Of a DNA stretch of 42,058 nucleotides, positions 1-7,942 are shown one piece after another (the first letter of the stretch is position 1; each line of letters opens with the position of its first letter). A model generated the notes under the pieces. That model was not told where the DNA came from. It worked only from the letters and a program-made list of their open reading frames with translations, and ran no database searches. The position numbers were made by a program, and so were the translations under genes. The DNA comes from a virus. The DNA lies in the IMG/VR virus record IMGVR_UViG_3300045988_049432, one strand, 5' to 3'.

Positions 1-1
1 C

Positions 2-421
2 AACACCGGGGACTGGAACACCGGGAACAGGAACACCGGGGACTGGAACACCGGGGACTGGAACAAATCTTCTTTCAATACTGGTTGTTTTAATACAGAA
101 GAACAGAAGATCACGCTGTTCAATAAACCGTCAGATATAACCTATAACGATTGGTTGAGATCAGATGCAAGATATTTACTGAATCAGATACCAAAAGACG
201 TTGTTGAATGGGTGTATGAAGAAGATATGACTGATGAAGAAAAGGCAGCAAATCCGACCTATGAAACAACAGGCGGTTATCTCAAAGTGCTTAATGAATC
301 TGAATGTGGTCAGTTATGGTGGGGCAGCTTATCAGACTTTCAGAAGAATTACATTAAGTCAATACCAAACTTTGATGCTGAAATCTTTGAACAGTGTACA
401 GGCATTAAGGTAGATGAATGA
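2..421 (+). CDS. 3' part of the wrap-around gene for the five-residue-repeat protein (continues from 41507..42058)
   Basis: The frame is open from nt 2 and reads NTGDWNTGNRNTGDWNTGDWNKSSFNTGCFNTEEQKITLFNKPS... to the stop at 419-421. The ORF track shows only the part from the internal TTG at 155. Confidence 0.75.
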   Translation, partial: NTGDWNTGNRNTGDWNTGDWNKSSFNTGCFNTEEQKITLFNKPSDITYNDWLRSDARYLLNQIPKDVVEWVYEEDMTDEEKAANPTYETTGGYLKVLNESECGQLWWGSLSDFQKNYIKSIPNFDAEIFEQCTGIKVDE

Positions 422-1763
422 TCTTCAATTCATGCCCCATCAGGAAGAAGTGCTGAACCTGACTGATGATAAAAACAGGTGTGCTTATTACTTAGATATG
501 GGACTTGGTAAAACTTTTGTAGGGGCTGAAAAAATGTACTTGCTGAACAATACGGTGAATCTGATCGTATGCCAAAAGTCAAAGGTTGATGATTGGGTTG
601 ATCACATGAAAACGTATTACCCGGAATACAGAGTTATGGACTTGACCAAGAAAAGTGAAGGTGTGAACTTCCGAACATTGGTTGAAACCAAAGACCTGTA
701 TGATCAGAACATTCAGATTGTCGGTGTAATTAACTATGATTTGGTATTCAGACGCAAGTATATAGCCCATATAACCGACTTTACATTGTTACTTGATGAA
801 TCAAGCCTTATATGCAATGAAAACGCTAAACGGTCAAAATTCATATTGAAGTTACAACCGGAAAGCGTGATCTTGCTGTCAGGTACACCAACAGCAGGAA
901 AGTATGAACGGTTGTGGTCACAGCTTAAGTTGTTAGGTTGGGATATTAACAAGAAAGCCTTTTATGCTTCCTATGTTCAGACGGAATGGATTGAAAACGG
1001 TGATGGGTATAAGAAAGAAGTAATCACAGGATATAAGCACGTTGAGCATTTGAAGAAAAGACTCACACAGTTTGGTGCAGTATTCATGAAAACAGAAGAA
1101 GTGATTGAACTACCTGAACAGACTGAACAGAAAATTTTCTTGAAGATCACAAATGAATATAAGTTTTTCATCAAACACAATTACTTGGAACTTGATACAA
1201 GGAACTTAGTCAGATTCAAAGCTGATTCAGATTTTGAAGGTGAAGATGTGACACCAAGGGTTGAGTTGATCGGTGATAATAGCCTGACCAAAACATTATA
1301 TTGCAGACAGCTGTGCGGTCAATGGCATAAGGAAAAACTGGAAGCATTCAGGGACTTACTGGAATCAACAGAAGATCGGTTGATTGTGTTTTATAACTTC
1401 AATGAAGAACTGACAAGACTTAGAAAAATATGTGAATCACTCAACAGGGAAGTCAGTTTTGTAAATGGTTCAGGACGTTCAATGTATGCATATGAATGTG
1501 TAGATAACAGTGTCACATTTGTTCAGTACCAAGCAGGGGCAATGGGTGGTAACTATCAGAAAGCAAATAAGATTGTGTACTTTACGTTGCCACTTGGAAA
1601 AGGGTCTTGTGATCTTTGGGAACAGTCAAAGAAGCGTATACACAGAATCGGTCAGAACAGACCATGTTACTACTATTACCTACTGGTAAAGGGAAGTTTT
1701 GAAGAAAGGAATCTTGCAGCATTGCAGGAAGGAAAGGAACTAACTGATGAATTGTTCACATAA
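414..1763 (+). CDS. SNF2/DEAD-like superfamily-2 helicase
   Basis: Walker A-like LDMGLGKT, motif II LLLDESS, motif III LLSGTP and motif VI KKRIHRIGQ. 449 aa. Confidence 0.85.
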   Translation: MNDLQFMPHQEEVLNLTDDKNRCAYYLDMGLGKTFVGAEKMYLLNNTVNLIVCQKSKVDDWVDHMKTYYPEYRVMDLTKKSEGVNFRTLVETKDLYDQNIQIVGVINYDLVFRRKYIAHITDFTLLLDESSLICNENAKRSKFILKLQPESVILLSGTPTAGKYERLWSQLKLLGWDINKKAFYASYVQTEWIENGDGYKKEVITGYKHVEHLKKRLTQFGAVFMKTEEVIELPEQTEQKIFLKITNEYKFFIKHNYLELDTRNLVRFKADSDFEGEDVTPRVELIGDNSLTKTLYCRQLCGQWHKEKLEAFRDLLESTEDRLIVFYNFNEELTRLRKICESLNREVSFVNGSGRSMYAYECVDNSVTFVQYQAGAMGGNYQKANKIVYFTLPLGKGSCDLWEQSKKRIHRIGQNRPCYYYYLLVKGSFEERNLAALQEGKELTDELFT

Positions 1764-1980
1764 TTGTATGATGTGCCGGGTATGGAAGTACATCAAAAAA
1801 CATTTTAAGAATTTTGTTATTAAGACAATTATCTTTTTTAACATGTTAAGTCTTATGTACTGGATTGTATACATTGATTACATCATATCATGGCAACCAT
1901 ATGCAATTATGGCATTCAATCTTTTGGTACTGTCACTGATCGGATATGCAAATAAAGATAATGGAGTTGATTTTTTATAG
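1747..1980 (+). CDS. Small hydrophobic (about 2 TM) protein, function unknown
   Basis: 77-aa ORF with two hydrophobic stretches. It overlaps the helicase stop and ends in the T6 slippery run. Confidence 0.4.
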   Translation: MNCSHNCMMCRVWKYIKKHFKNFVIKTIIFFNMLSLMYWIVYIDYIISWQPYAIMAFNLLVLSLIGYANKDNGVDFL

Positions 1981-2342
1981 CAGCAGAAAAGAATTTTGAA
2001 AACAGGGTTAAAAAATACCTTGAGGAATATGGTTGTTGGTGGCTCAAATACTGGGGTGGTGCAGCTTACACAAAAAGCGGTATTCCTGATTTACTGGTAA
2101 GTTCAGACGGTTGTTTTCTTGGTATTGAAGTCAAGGCAGACAACGGTGAACCGTCACTGATACAGCTTTATCACTTAAGGAAAATAAGAGAATCCGGTGG
2201 ATATGGGATTTTACTTTTCCCAAATGACTTTGAAAAGTTCAAAGGGTTCAATGAACACAAATCAAAATCTAACGCTTGGTATCTTTCCAATATTGAAGAA
2301 CAGAAGCGGTGGAAAATAAAGTTAGAAGAAAAGGAGATTTAA
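1977..2342 (+). CDS. VRR-NUC domain nuclease; ORF without a canonical start codon
   Basis: The frame opens after TGA 1968-1970 and reads FFIAAEKNFENRVKKYLEEYGCWWLKYWGG..GIPDLLV..GCFLGIEVKADNGEPSLIQLYHLRKIRESGG. This is the VRR-NUC pattern (G-PD ... IE-K ... S--Q). The whole frame has no ATG, GTG or TTG, which is why the ORF track misses it. Confidence 0.7.
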   Translation: MAAEKNFENRVKKYLEEYGCWWLKYWGGAAYTKSGIPDLLVSSDGCFLGIEVKADNGEPSLIQLYHLRKIRESGGYGILLFPNDFEKFKGFNEHKSKSNAWYLSNIEEQKRWKIKLEEKEI

Positions 2343-2344
2343 CA

Positions 2345-3031
2345 ATGACAAGAGAAAAACAGATTGAGTACTTCAAAGGTTGCCTAATGGCAACAGGTCG
2401 TGAGGGTGTGGAAGATTTACTTGACTTCATCGAAGAACTTGGTTTTTATGATGCCCCTGCATCCGGTGGAAATCACTGCTGTAAAGATGGTGGACTGTTA
2501 GAGCATACAGTGAACGTCATGCAGTACGCTGAAAAGATCGGTCTTACACTGCTTGGAAGTGAAGCATATAACAAGATTCACAGCAGCGTGATCATTGCAT
2601 CAGCATTACATGACCTTGGTAAGTGTGGACGTTATGGAAGTCCTTATTATGTTGAAAACATGGTGCAGGATGGTAGACCGACCAAAAAAAATCCTGAACA
2701 GAAGTATAAGAGATCAGAAAGTAAACCGTACAAGATCAGTTCTGATTTGTGCCATATTGACCACCCTTTAAGATCGGTTGAACTGGCAGCACGTTACATT
2801 GATCTGACAGAGGAAGAAGAACACGCTATTTTCTATCATGATGGTGCTTATGGTAGTCTTGCGTATGATCTGAAAGGTCATGAAGAACCATTGCAGGTGA
2901 TCATTCATTTTGCAGATTTTTGGTCAGCACAGTTTCTTGAGGTCGGAAAACTTGACAGATTCAATGATCAGGTGAAGTCAGAAGAAACAACTGATGAAGT
3001 AAAAGAGGAAGGTGAAAATAATGAAGAATAA
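2345..3031 (+). CDS. HD-domain metal-dependent phosphohydrolase
   Basis: LEHT..., ALHDLGK, HIDH and FYHDG motifs. The ATG at 2345 follows AAGGAG. The GTG at 2309 in the track is probably too far upstream. Confidence 0.7.
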   Translation: MTREKQIEYFKGCLMATGREGVEDLLDFIEELGFYDAPASGGNHCCKDGGLLEHTVNVMQYAEKIGLTLLGSEAYNKIHSSVIIASALHDLGKCGRYGSPYYVENMVQDGRPTKKNPEQKYKRSESKPYKISSDLCHIDHPLRSVELAARYIDLTEEEEHAIFYHDGAYGSLAYDLKGHEEPLQVIIHFADFWSAQFLEVGKLDRFNDQVKSEETTDEVKEEGENNEE

Positions 3032-3350
3032 AAACAGTTATGAAGTTCTTGAAGCAGAAGTTGCAAAGCTGAAAGAAGAAAATAGACATTTGAAAGACGA
3101 GCGTGATGAACTGAAATATATGCTGAATGATATGCATAGTGTTGTTGATGCTGCAAATGATGACTTTTTCAATGAAATGTCAAGATTGTGCGGTTGTATT
3201 GAAATCGAAGGTACAAGAATCACAGCAGCGTATCAGGATTTAGTAGGAATCCTGTTGGCAAACGGTTATACAGTAGAGGTTACACCACTGCATAATAATA
3301 CAAGATTACAGGTTGTTATCAAAGAAAGTGAGGATGAAATCAATGAGTAG
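3021..3350 (+). CDS. Hypothetical coiled-coil protein
   Basis: ATG 6 nt after GGAAGGTG. The N-terminal heptad-like segment reads EAEVAKLKEENRHLKDERDELK. Confidence 0.55.
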   Translation: MKNKNSYEVLEAEVAKLKEENRHLKDERDELKYMLNDMHSVVDAANDDFFNEMSRLCGCIEIEGTRITAAYQDLVGILLANGYTVEVTPLHNNTRLQVVIKESEDEINE

Positions 3351-3519
3351 TGCAAAGAAACACAAACAGAGAAGTCACAGAAGTTACAGAAACAGTGTTG
3401 CAACCGCTGAACATTTTCAGAACAGACAGATTTTGAAAGTGTCACAGCAGAAAGCAATGAAAGAGAAAAGCAATCTTTTTACTAAGTTAATGGGCTTATT
3501 CAAGAAAGGGGAAAAATAA
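3343..3519 (+). CDS. Small, very basic hypothetical protein
   Basis: ATGA overlap with the upstream stop, and GAGGA 8 nt upstream. The sequence is K/R-rich. Confidence 0.45.
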   Translation: MSSAKKHKQRSHRSYRNSVATAEHFQNRQILKVSQQKAMKEKSNLFTKLMGLFKKGEK

Positions 3520-3521
3520 TC

Positions 3522-4811
3522 ATGGCACAGAAAGTTTTAATTATGGGTGAATCCGGTACTGGTAAAAGTACAAGCCTTAGAAATTGTGACCCGGTAACAA
3601 CAGCGGTTATCAATCCGGTAGGTAAACCGTTACCGTTCAAGAATCACTTTGAAATGCTGAACAATGAAACAGATGCAAGAAAAATTGTGAAATACATGAA
3701 AGAACAGTGTGCAGCAGGTAAGAAGCTGTTGGTGGTTGATGACTTCCAGTACATTCTTGCAGTACCGTACATGAACCGTATCAAAGAAACAGGGTGGGAC
3801 AAGTACAATGACTTTGGTGCAAACTATTTTGAAATCATCGACTGTTGCAAAGACCTTCCTGATGATGTTGTAGTCGTTTATATGACCCATTTAGAAACTT
3901 TGGATAATGGTCTTACAACTGTTAAGCTGATTGGTAAACTGTTACGTGAGAAGATCACCATTGAAGGACTGTTTACCGTTGTACTTAGAACTGGTGTGAA
4001 TGAAGCCAAGTATTACTTTTACACACAGAACAGCGGAAAAGATACCGTAAAATCACCGCTTGGAATGTTTACTGCATATGCTATTGACAATGATCTGAAT
4101 TATGTTGTTGACAAGATCAGAAATTATTATGAACTTGGTGATTACAAGTCAGATGATGAAATGAATGCTGCTGATCAGGCGGTTGCATCTGATCTTGAAA
4201 AACCTGACAGCAAAGGCAGAAGAACAAGAGGTAAAAAAGCTGAATCTGCAACACCAACCGATGCACTGGAAGAAAAGACTGGAAGAACACGTAAGAGTAG
4301 GGCAGAAGTTCAGGCAGAAAATGAACAGAAGATTGCTGATCACATGGATGAAGTTGACAAGGCTATTGATCAGGCTTTTCCGGGACAGGAAGAAGTACCA
4401 TTTGATGAAGCAATGGATGTTGACGATAAAGTACCGAAACCGGATTTACAGAAACCACCAAGAAGAACACGTAAGGAAAGAAATGCTGAAAAGTCTGAAC
4501 CTGTTCAGGACGGTACAACGAACACTGATTCTGAATCTGTCACACTGAAAGCAGATGCATATTTCTATGTTCCGGCTGATGATAACTATGTGATGAAGCA
4601 TAAGGGTGATACGGTTGACCTGATCGTTGATGGTGTTGAGGTTATGAAGGTAATCACAAGAGAAGAATTTAATGCAGGAATCAAAAGACTTGCACAGGAA
4701 AACAACCCTGTACCTGCTGACGCACAGACCCCGGCTGAACCTTTAGACGGTGCTATGAACCCACCTGAACAGCACGTCAGAGGTCAAAGACGAAGAAGAA
4801 CAAGATCATGA
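3522..4811 (+). CDS. AAA/RecA-like (Sak4-type) ATPase with a charged low-complexity C-terminal extension
   Basis: Walker A GESGTGKS and Walker B LLVVDDF. It lies next to a DUF669-like gene, as in Sak4 recombination modules. Confidence 0.65.
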   Translation: MAQKVLIMGESGTGKSTSLRNCDPVTTAVINPVGKPLPFKNHFEMLNNETDARKIVKYMKEQCAAGKKLLVVDDFQYILAVPYMNRIKETGWDKYNDFGANYFEIIDCCKDLPDDVVVVYMTHLETLDNGLTTVKLIGKLLREKITIEGLFTVVLRTGVNEAKYYFYTQNSGKDTVKSPLGMFTAYAIDNDLNYVVDKIRNYYELGDYKSDDEMNAADQAVASDLEKPDSKGRRTRGKKAESATPTDALEEKTGRTRKSRAEVQAENEQKIADHMDEVDKAIDQAFPGQEEVPFDEAMDVDDKVPKPDLQKPPRRTRKERNAEKSEPVQDGTTNTDSESVTLKADAYFYVPADDNYVMKHKGDTVDLIVDGVEVMKVITREEFNAGIKRLAQENNPVPADAQTPAEPLDGAMNPPEQHVRGQRRRRTRS

Positions 4812-4954
4812 TTGCATTAAATATTTTTCTTGCAGTCATGGCAGCATTCTTTGGATTCGGTTCAGTGGGTGACAGGATTCAGAAAAATAGGGATAATTAT
4901 ACAAGGGTTTGTATTGCTTGTATCATAGCAATTATAATCATAAATTTATTTTAA
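4808..4954 (+). CDS. 48-aa hydrophobic peptide
   Basis: ATGA overlap with the previous stop. It has two hydrophobic segments and is below the ORF-track size cut-off. Confidence 0.35.
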   Translation: MIALNIFLAVMAAFFGFGSVGDRIQKNRDNYTRVCIACIIAIIIINLF

Positions 4955-4977
4955 GAAAGGTTAAATGGTGAAAAATT

Positions 4978-5442
4978 ATGGCAGTAGATTTTAGTGCATT
5001 CGATGAACAGGTTGATCTTAACGCATTACAGAAAGAGGTTCAGGAAGCAGACGATTCACAGTTTGAAGATGTACCGGATGGGGATTATGATGTAAGTTTT
5101 GATAAAATGGAGATCAAGCCAACAAAGAAAGGTGACAAGCTGATGTTTTCTGTACAGTGTAGCATCTTGGAAGGTAATCAGAAAGGTAGAAAGATTTTCT
5201 TCAACCGTACTATTTCCGGCAATACTTCACAGAAGTGGACTAATGGCATGGCAATCAAATCTGTTTGCACATGGCTTGATAAACTTGAAACAGATACAGT
5301 ACCGGAGTTTATCAACTACAGTGATTTTGCTGATTGCGTACTTGATATTTTTCAGGAAGTACAGGGTAAAGTTGGTGCAGCAGTTACCTATAAGGCTGAT
5401 GACTTCAATCCAATTACTATCAATGAAGCATTCGATATGTAA
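4978..5442 (+). CDS. DUF669-like phage protein (putative ssDNA-binding/annealing accessory)
   Basis: The N-terminus DFSAFDE...VPDGDYDVSFDKMEIKPTKKGDKLMFSVQCSILEG..GRKIF matches the DUF669 pattern as I remember it. Confidence 0.55.
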   Translation: MAVDFSAFDEQVDLNALQKEVQEADDSQFEDVPDGDYDVSFDKMEIKPTKKGDKLMFSVQCSILEGNQKGRKIFFNRTISGNTSQKWTNGMAIKSVCTWLDKLETDTVPEFINYSDFADCVLDIFQEVQGKVGAAVTYKADDFNPITINEAFDM

Positions 5443-5458
5443 AAATTTTTAATTTAAA

Positions 5459-5477
5459 AGTAGATAAAACATCTACT
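5459..5477. promoter_or_regulatory. Operator-like palindrome AGTAGAT-AAAAC-ATCTACT (copy 1 of 3)
   Basis: Perfect 7-5-7 inverted repeat, extending to 9 bp arms over 5457-5479. The same element occurs at 39491-39509 and 41044-41061. Confidence 0.5.
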
Positions 5478-5499
5478 TTGCAGTAAGATAACACTTAAG

Positions 5500-5527
5500 G
5501 CGGTGTGTAAAACGCACACCGCTTTTT
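5500..5527 (+). terminator. Rho-independent terminator
   Basis: GCGGTGTG-loop-CACACCGC stem followed by TTTTT. Confidence 0.75.
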
Positions 5528-5553
5528 CAAAAAAAAAGTGGGTGATTTAGTAA

Positions 5554-7461
5554 ATGATATTCTACGATTTTGAGGTTTTTGAAAAGGATTGGCTTGCTGT
5601 ATTCATTGATGTGACGAAGAAGAAAGAACACGTGATAATAAATAGCCCTGATAAGCTAAAAGCCTTATATGAAGCAAATAGAAAAGATATATGGGTAGGA
5701 TTTAACAACCGTCACTACGATCAGTACATCATGAAAGGTATTCTGCTTGGTATGAATTCTAAAAAGATCAATGACTGGATTATCGTTGACAATAAAGAAG
5801 GTTGGCAATATTCAAGAGCATTCAATAAATTACCCATGATCAACTATGATGTAATGCCAAGCAACGATGAAACCATGAAAACAGTCGGATTGAAAACAAT
5901 GGAAGGTTTTCTTGGTTCAAACATTAAAGAAACAGATGTTGATTTCCGTATCAAAAGGAAACTGACACAGGAAGAAATAGAACAGACGGTTAAATACTGT
6001 AGGCATGACGTAGAACAGACAATCAAGGTATTTCTTGAAAAGGTTAGTGAGTTCAATGCAGTTCATGGAATTATACAGGCATTTCCAAAAGAAACTTCAC
6101 TGTATGACATTGGAGATAGTGAAGCCCGGATAACAGCAAAGGTTCTTGGGTGTTCAAAAACTCATTTTGGTGATGAATTTGATTTCTTCTTTCTGCCATG
6201 CCTGAAATTGAAAAAATATAAATATGTTCAGGAATGGTTTGCAGAGAAAAGAAAAGAAGCCCTTGAAATGGGGTTACAGGACTTTGACAAGAAAGATAAA
6301 AAGACTTGGTATAAGTCACAGAACTTTGAAACGATTGTTGCAGGAATACCGCACACATTTGGTTTTGGCGGTCTGCATGGTGCATCTGATAAGCCGATAC
6401 ATCGGAAAGGTCAGATTCTTCATGTAGACGTAAATAATTACTATCCGTCAATGCTGATTGCATGGGGACTTGTAACAAGGGCAGCAACCAATAACAACTT
6501 CAAACTGGTGTATGACACAAGAAAAGCTATGAAAAAGAAACAGGTTGCAGCATCTAAAGCCGGAAGAAAGGCAGAAGCAAAGCAATGGAAAAAAGCACAG
6601 TTGCCGTATAAGAAGATGCTGAATGCACTTTCAGGGGCAATGAAAGATGAAACCAATGCTGCATACGATCCACGTAATAACAACTGTATGTGTATCAACG
6701 GTCAGTTGATGTTGCTTGATCTGATTGAGCATTTGGAAGTTGTGCCGGGACTTGAACTGATTCAGTCAAATACTGATGGTCTGATCATTTGGATTCCTGA
6801 CACTGATGAAGCATTTGAAATGGTTGATGATATTTGTTGGGAGTGGGAACAGCGTTGTTCAACTGAACAATGTTCAATATTACTTGAACTTGACAATATA
6901 TCAGAAATCTATCAGAAGGACGTAAACAATTACCTTTGGATTGGTACTGATGGCGGTGTTGAAAGAATTGGTGCTTACGTCAAAGAACTTTCTGCTATTG
7001 ATAATGACTTACCAATACTGAATAAAGCGTTGGTTGACTACATGGTGAAAAAGATACCTGTTGAACAGACAATCAATCAGTGTGATGACTTGATTATGTT
7101 CCAAAAAATAGTGAAGCTGTCAAACAATTATAACTGGGTTGAGCATGAACAGGGAACTGGTCAGATCATTAAGACAACAAAACACCGGGACGGTACACGA
7201 ACAGAAGTGTGGTCATATCCTACCACACAAAAATATACTTATAAATCTTATCGTGTGTTTGCTTCCAATCGTGTTACAGACGGTAGGTTGTTAAGACGTA
7301 AGGTTGTAAAACCAAAGGGTGAAAAATTTGGAAATACACCTGATCACAGTTTCATTTATAACGATTCTGTAATCGGGGTTAAAGTACCACAGGAATTAGA
7401 TAAGCAGTGGTACATAGATTTAGCAAGAAAAAGACTGAAACAATTTGGTATTGCAGCATAA
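5554..7461 (+). CDS. Family-B-type DNA polymerase with N-terminal 3'-5' exonuclease
   Basis: Exo I YDFEVF, Exo II NNRHYDQYI, Exo III YCRHDVEQT. Polymerase motif A DVNNYYPSML, motif B KKMLNALSGAM, motif C SNTDGLII. Confidence 0.75.
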   Translation: MIFYDFEVFEKDWLAVFIDVTKKKEHVIINSPDKLKALYEANRKDIWVGFNNRHYDQYIMKGILLGMNSKKINDWIIVDNKEGWQYSRAFNKLPMINYDVMPSNDETMKTVGLKTMEGFLGSNIKETDVDFRIKRKLTQEEIEQTVKYCRHDVEQTIKVFLEKVSEFNAVHGIIQAFPKETSLYDIGDSEARITAKVLGCSKTHFGDEFDFFFLPCLKLKKYKYVQEWFAEKRKEALEMGLQDFDKKDKKTWYKSQNFETIVAGIPHTFGFGGLHGASDKPIHRKGQILHVDVNNYYPSMLIAWGLVTRAATNNNFKLVYDTRKAMKKKQVAASKAGRKAEAKQWKKAQLPYKKMLNALSGAMKDETNAAYDPRNNNCMCINGQLMLLDLIEHLEVVPGLELIQSNTDGLIIWIPDTDEAFEMVDDICWEWEQRCSTEQCSILLELDNISEIYQKDVNNYLWIGTDGGVERIGAYVKELSAIDNDLPILNKALVDYMVKKIPVEQTINQCDDLIMFQKIVKLSNNYNWVEHEQGTGQIIKTTKHRDGTRTEVWSYPTTQKYTYKSYRVFASNRVTDGRLLRRKVVKPKGEKFGNTPDHSFIYNDSVIGVKVPQELDKQWYIDLARKRLKQFGIAA

Positions 7462-7479
7462 TACCGGAAAGGTGGGAAC

Positions 7480-7926
7480 ATGACAGACATTACAATCAAA
7501 TATGATCATGGTCAGATGCTTATTCATCTTGAAGAATTTCTTTCATGTAGAAGTATCTCAAAGGTTCGTAAGCTGATTAAGTTAATCAATCGAAGTGATA
7601 ACCCTGACATTGTGAATCAGATCAAAGATCACATTCAGTACAGAATGGAAGGGTTGGACAATATTACAATGATTACCGAAAACAGGATTGACCGGAATAA
7701 GGCAGAAGTGAAAGATGCTGAAATGAACGTGCAGCACTGGTTATATTTGCGGTCACAGCATAAGAAAGGTAGTAACGGTTACAAGAATTACATGACAAAT
7801 GTGAAAGAAAGCCGGGACACATTGAAAGAGAAAAAGGCAGATTTGAGATCAGCCGAAAAGGAATATAAGGACAGCATCAGGGACAAAGAATTTTTCAGTA
7901 AATTGCTGTCAGAAGTATTTAGTTAA
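7480..7926 (+). CDS. Hypothetical protein
   Basis: 148-aa ORF preceded by GGAAAGGTGGG. No motif recognised. Confidence 0.5.
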   Translation: MTDITIKYDHGQMLIHLEEFLSCRSISKVRKLIKLINRSDNPDIVNQIKDHIQYRMEGLDNITMITENRIDRNKAEVKDAEMNVQHWLYLRSQHKKGSNGYKNYMTNVKESRDTLKEKKADLRSAEKEYKDSIRDKEFFSKLLSEVFS

Positions 7927-7942
7927 AGGATGGTGAAACAGG

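Noticed and set aside
4165-4548. 127-aa alternative-frame ORF inside the AAA ATPase C-terminal extension
   Set aside because: It is an overlapping frame in a purine-rich low-complexity region, with no independent start signals.
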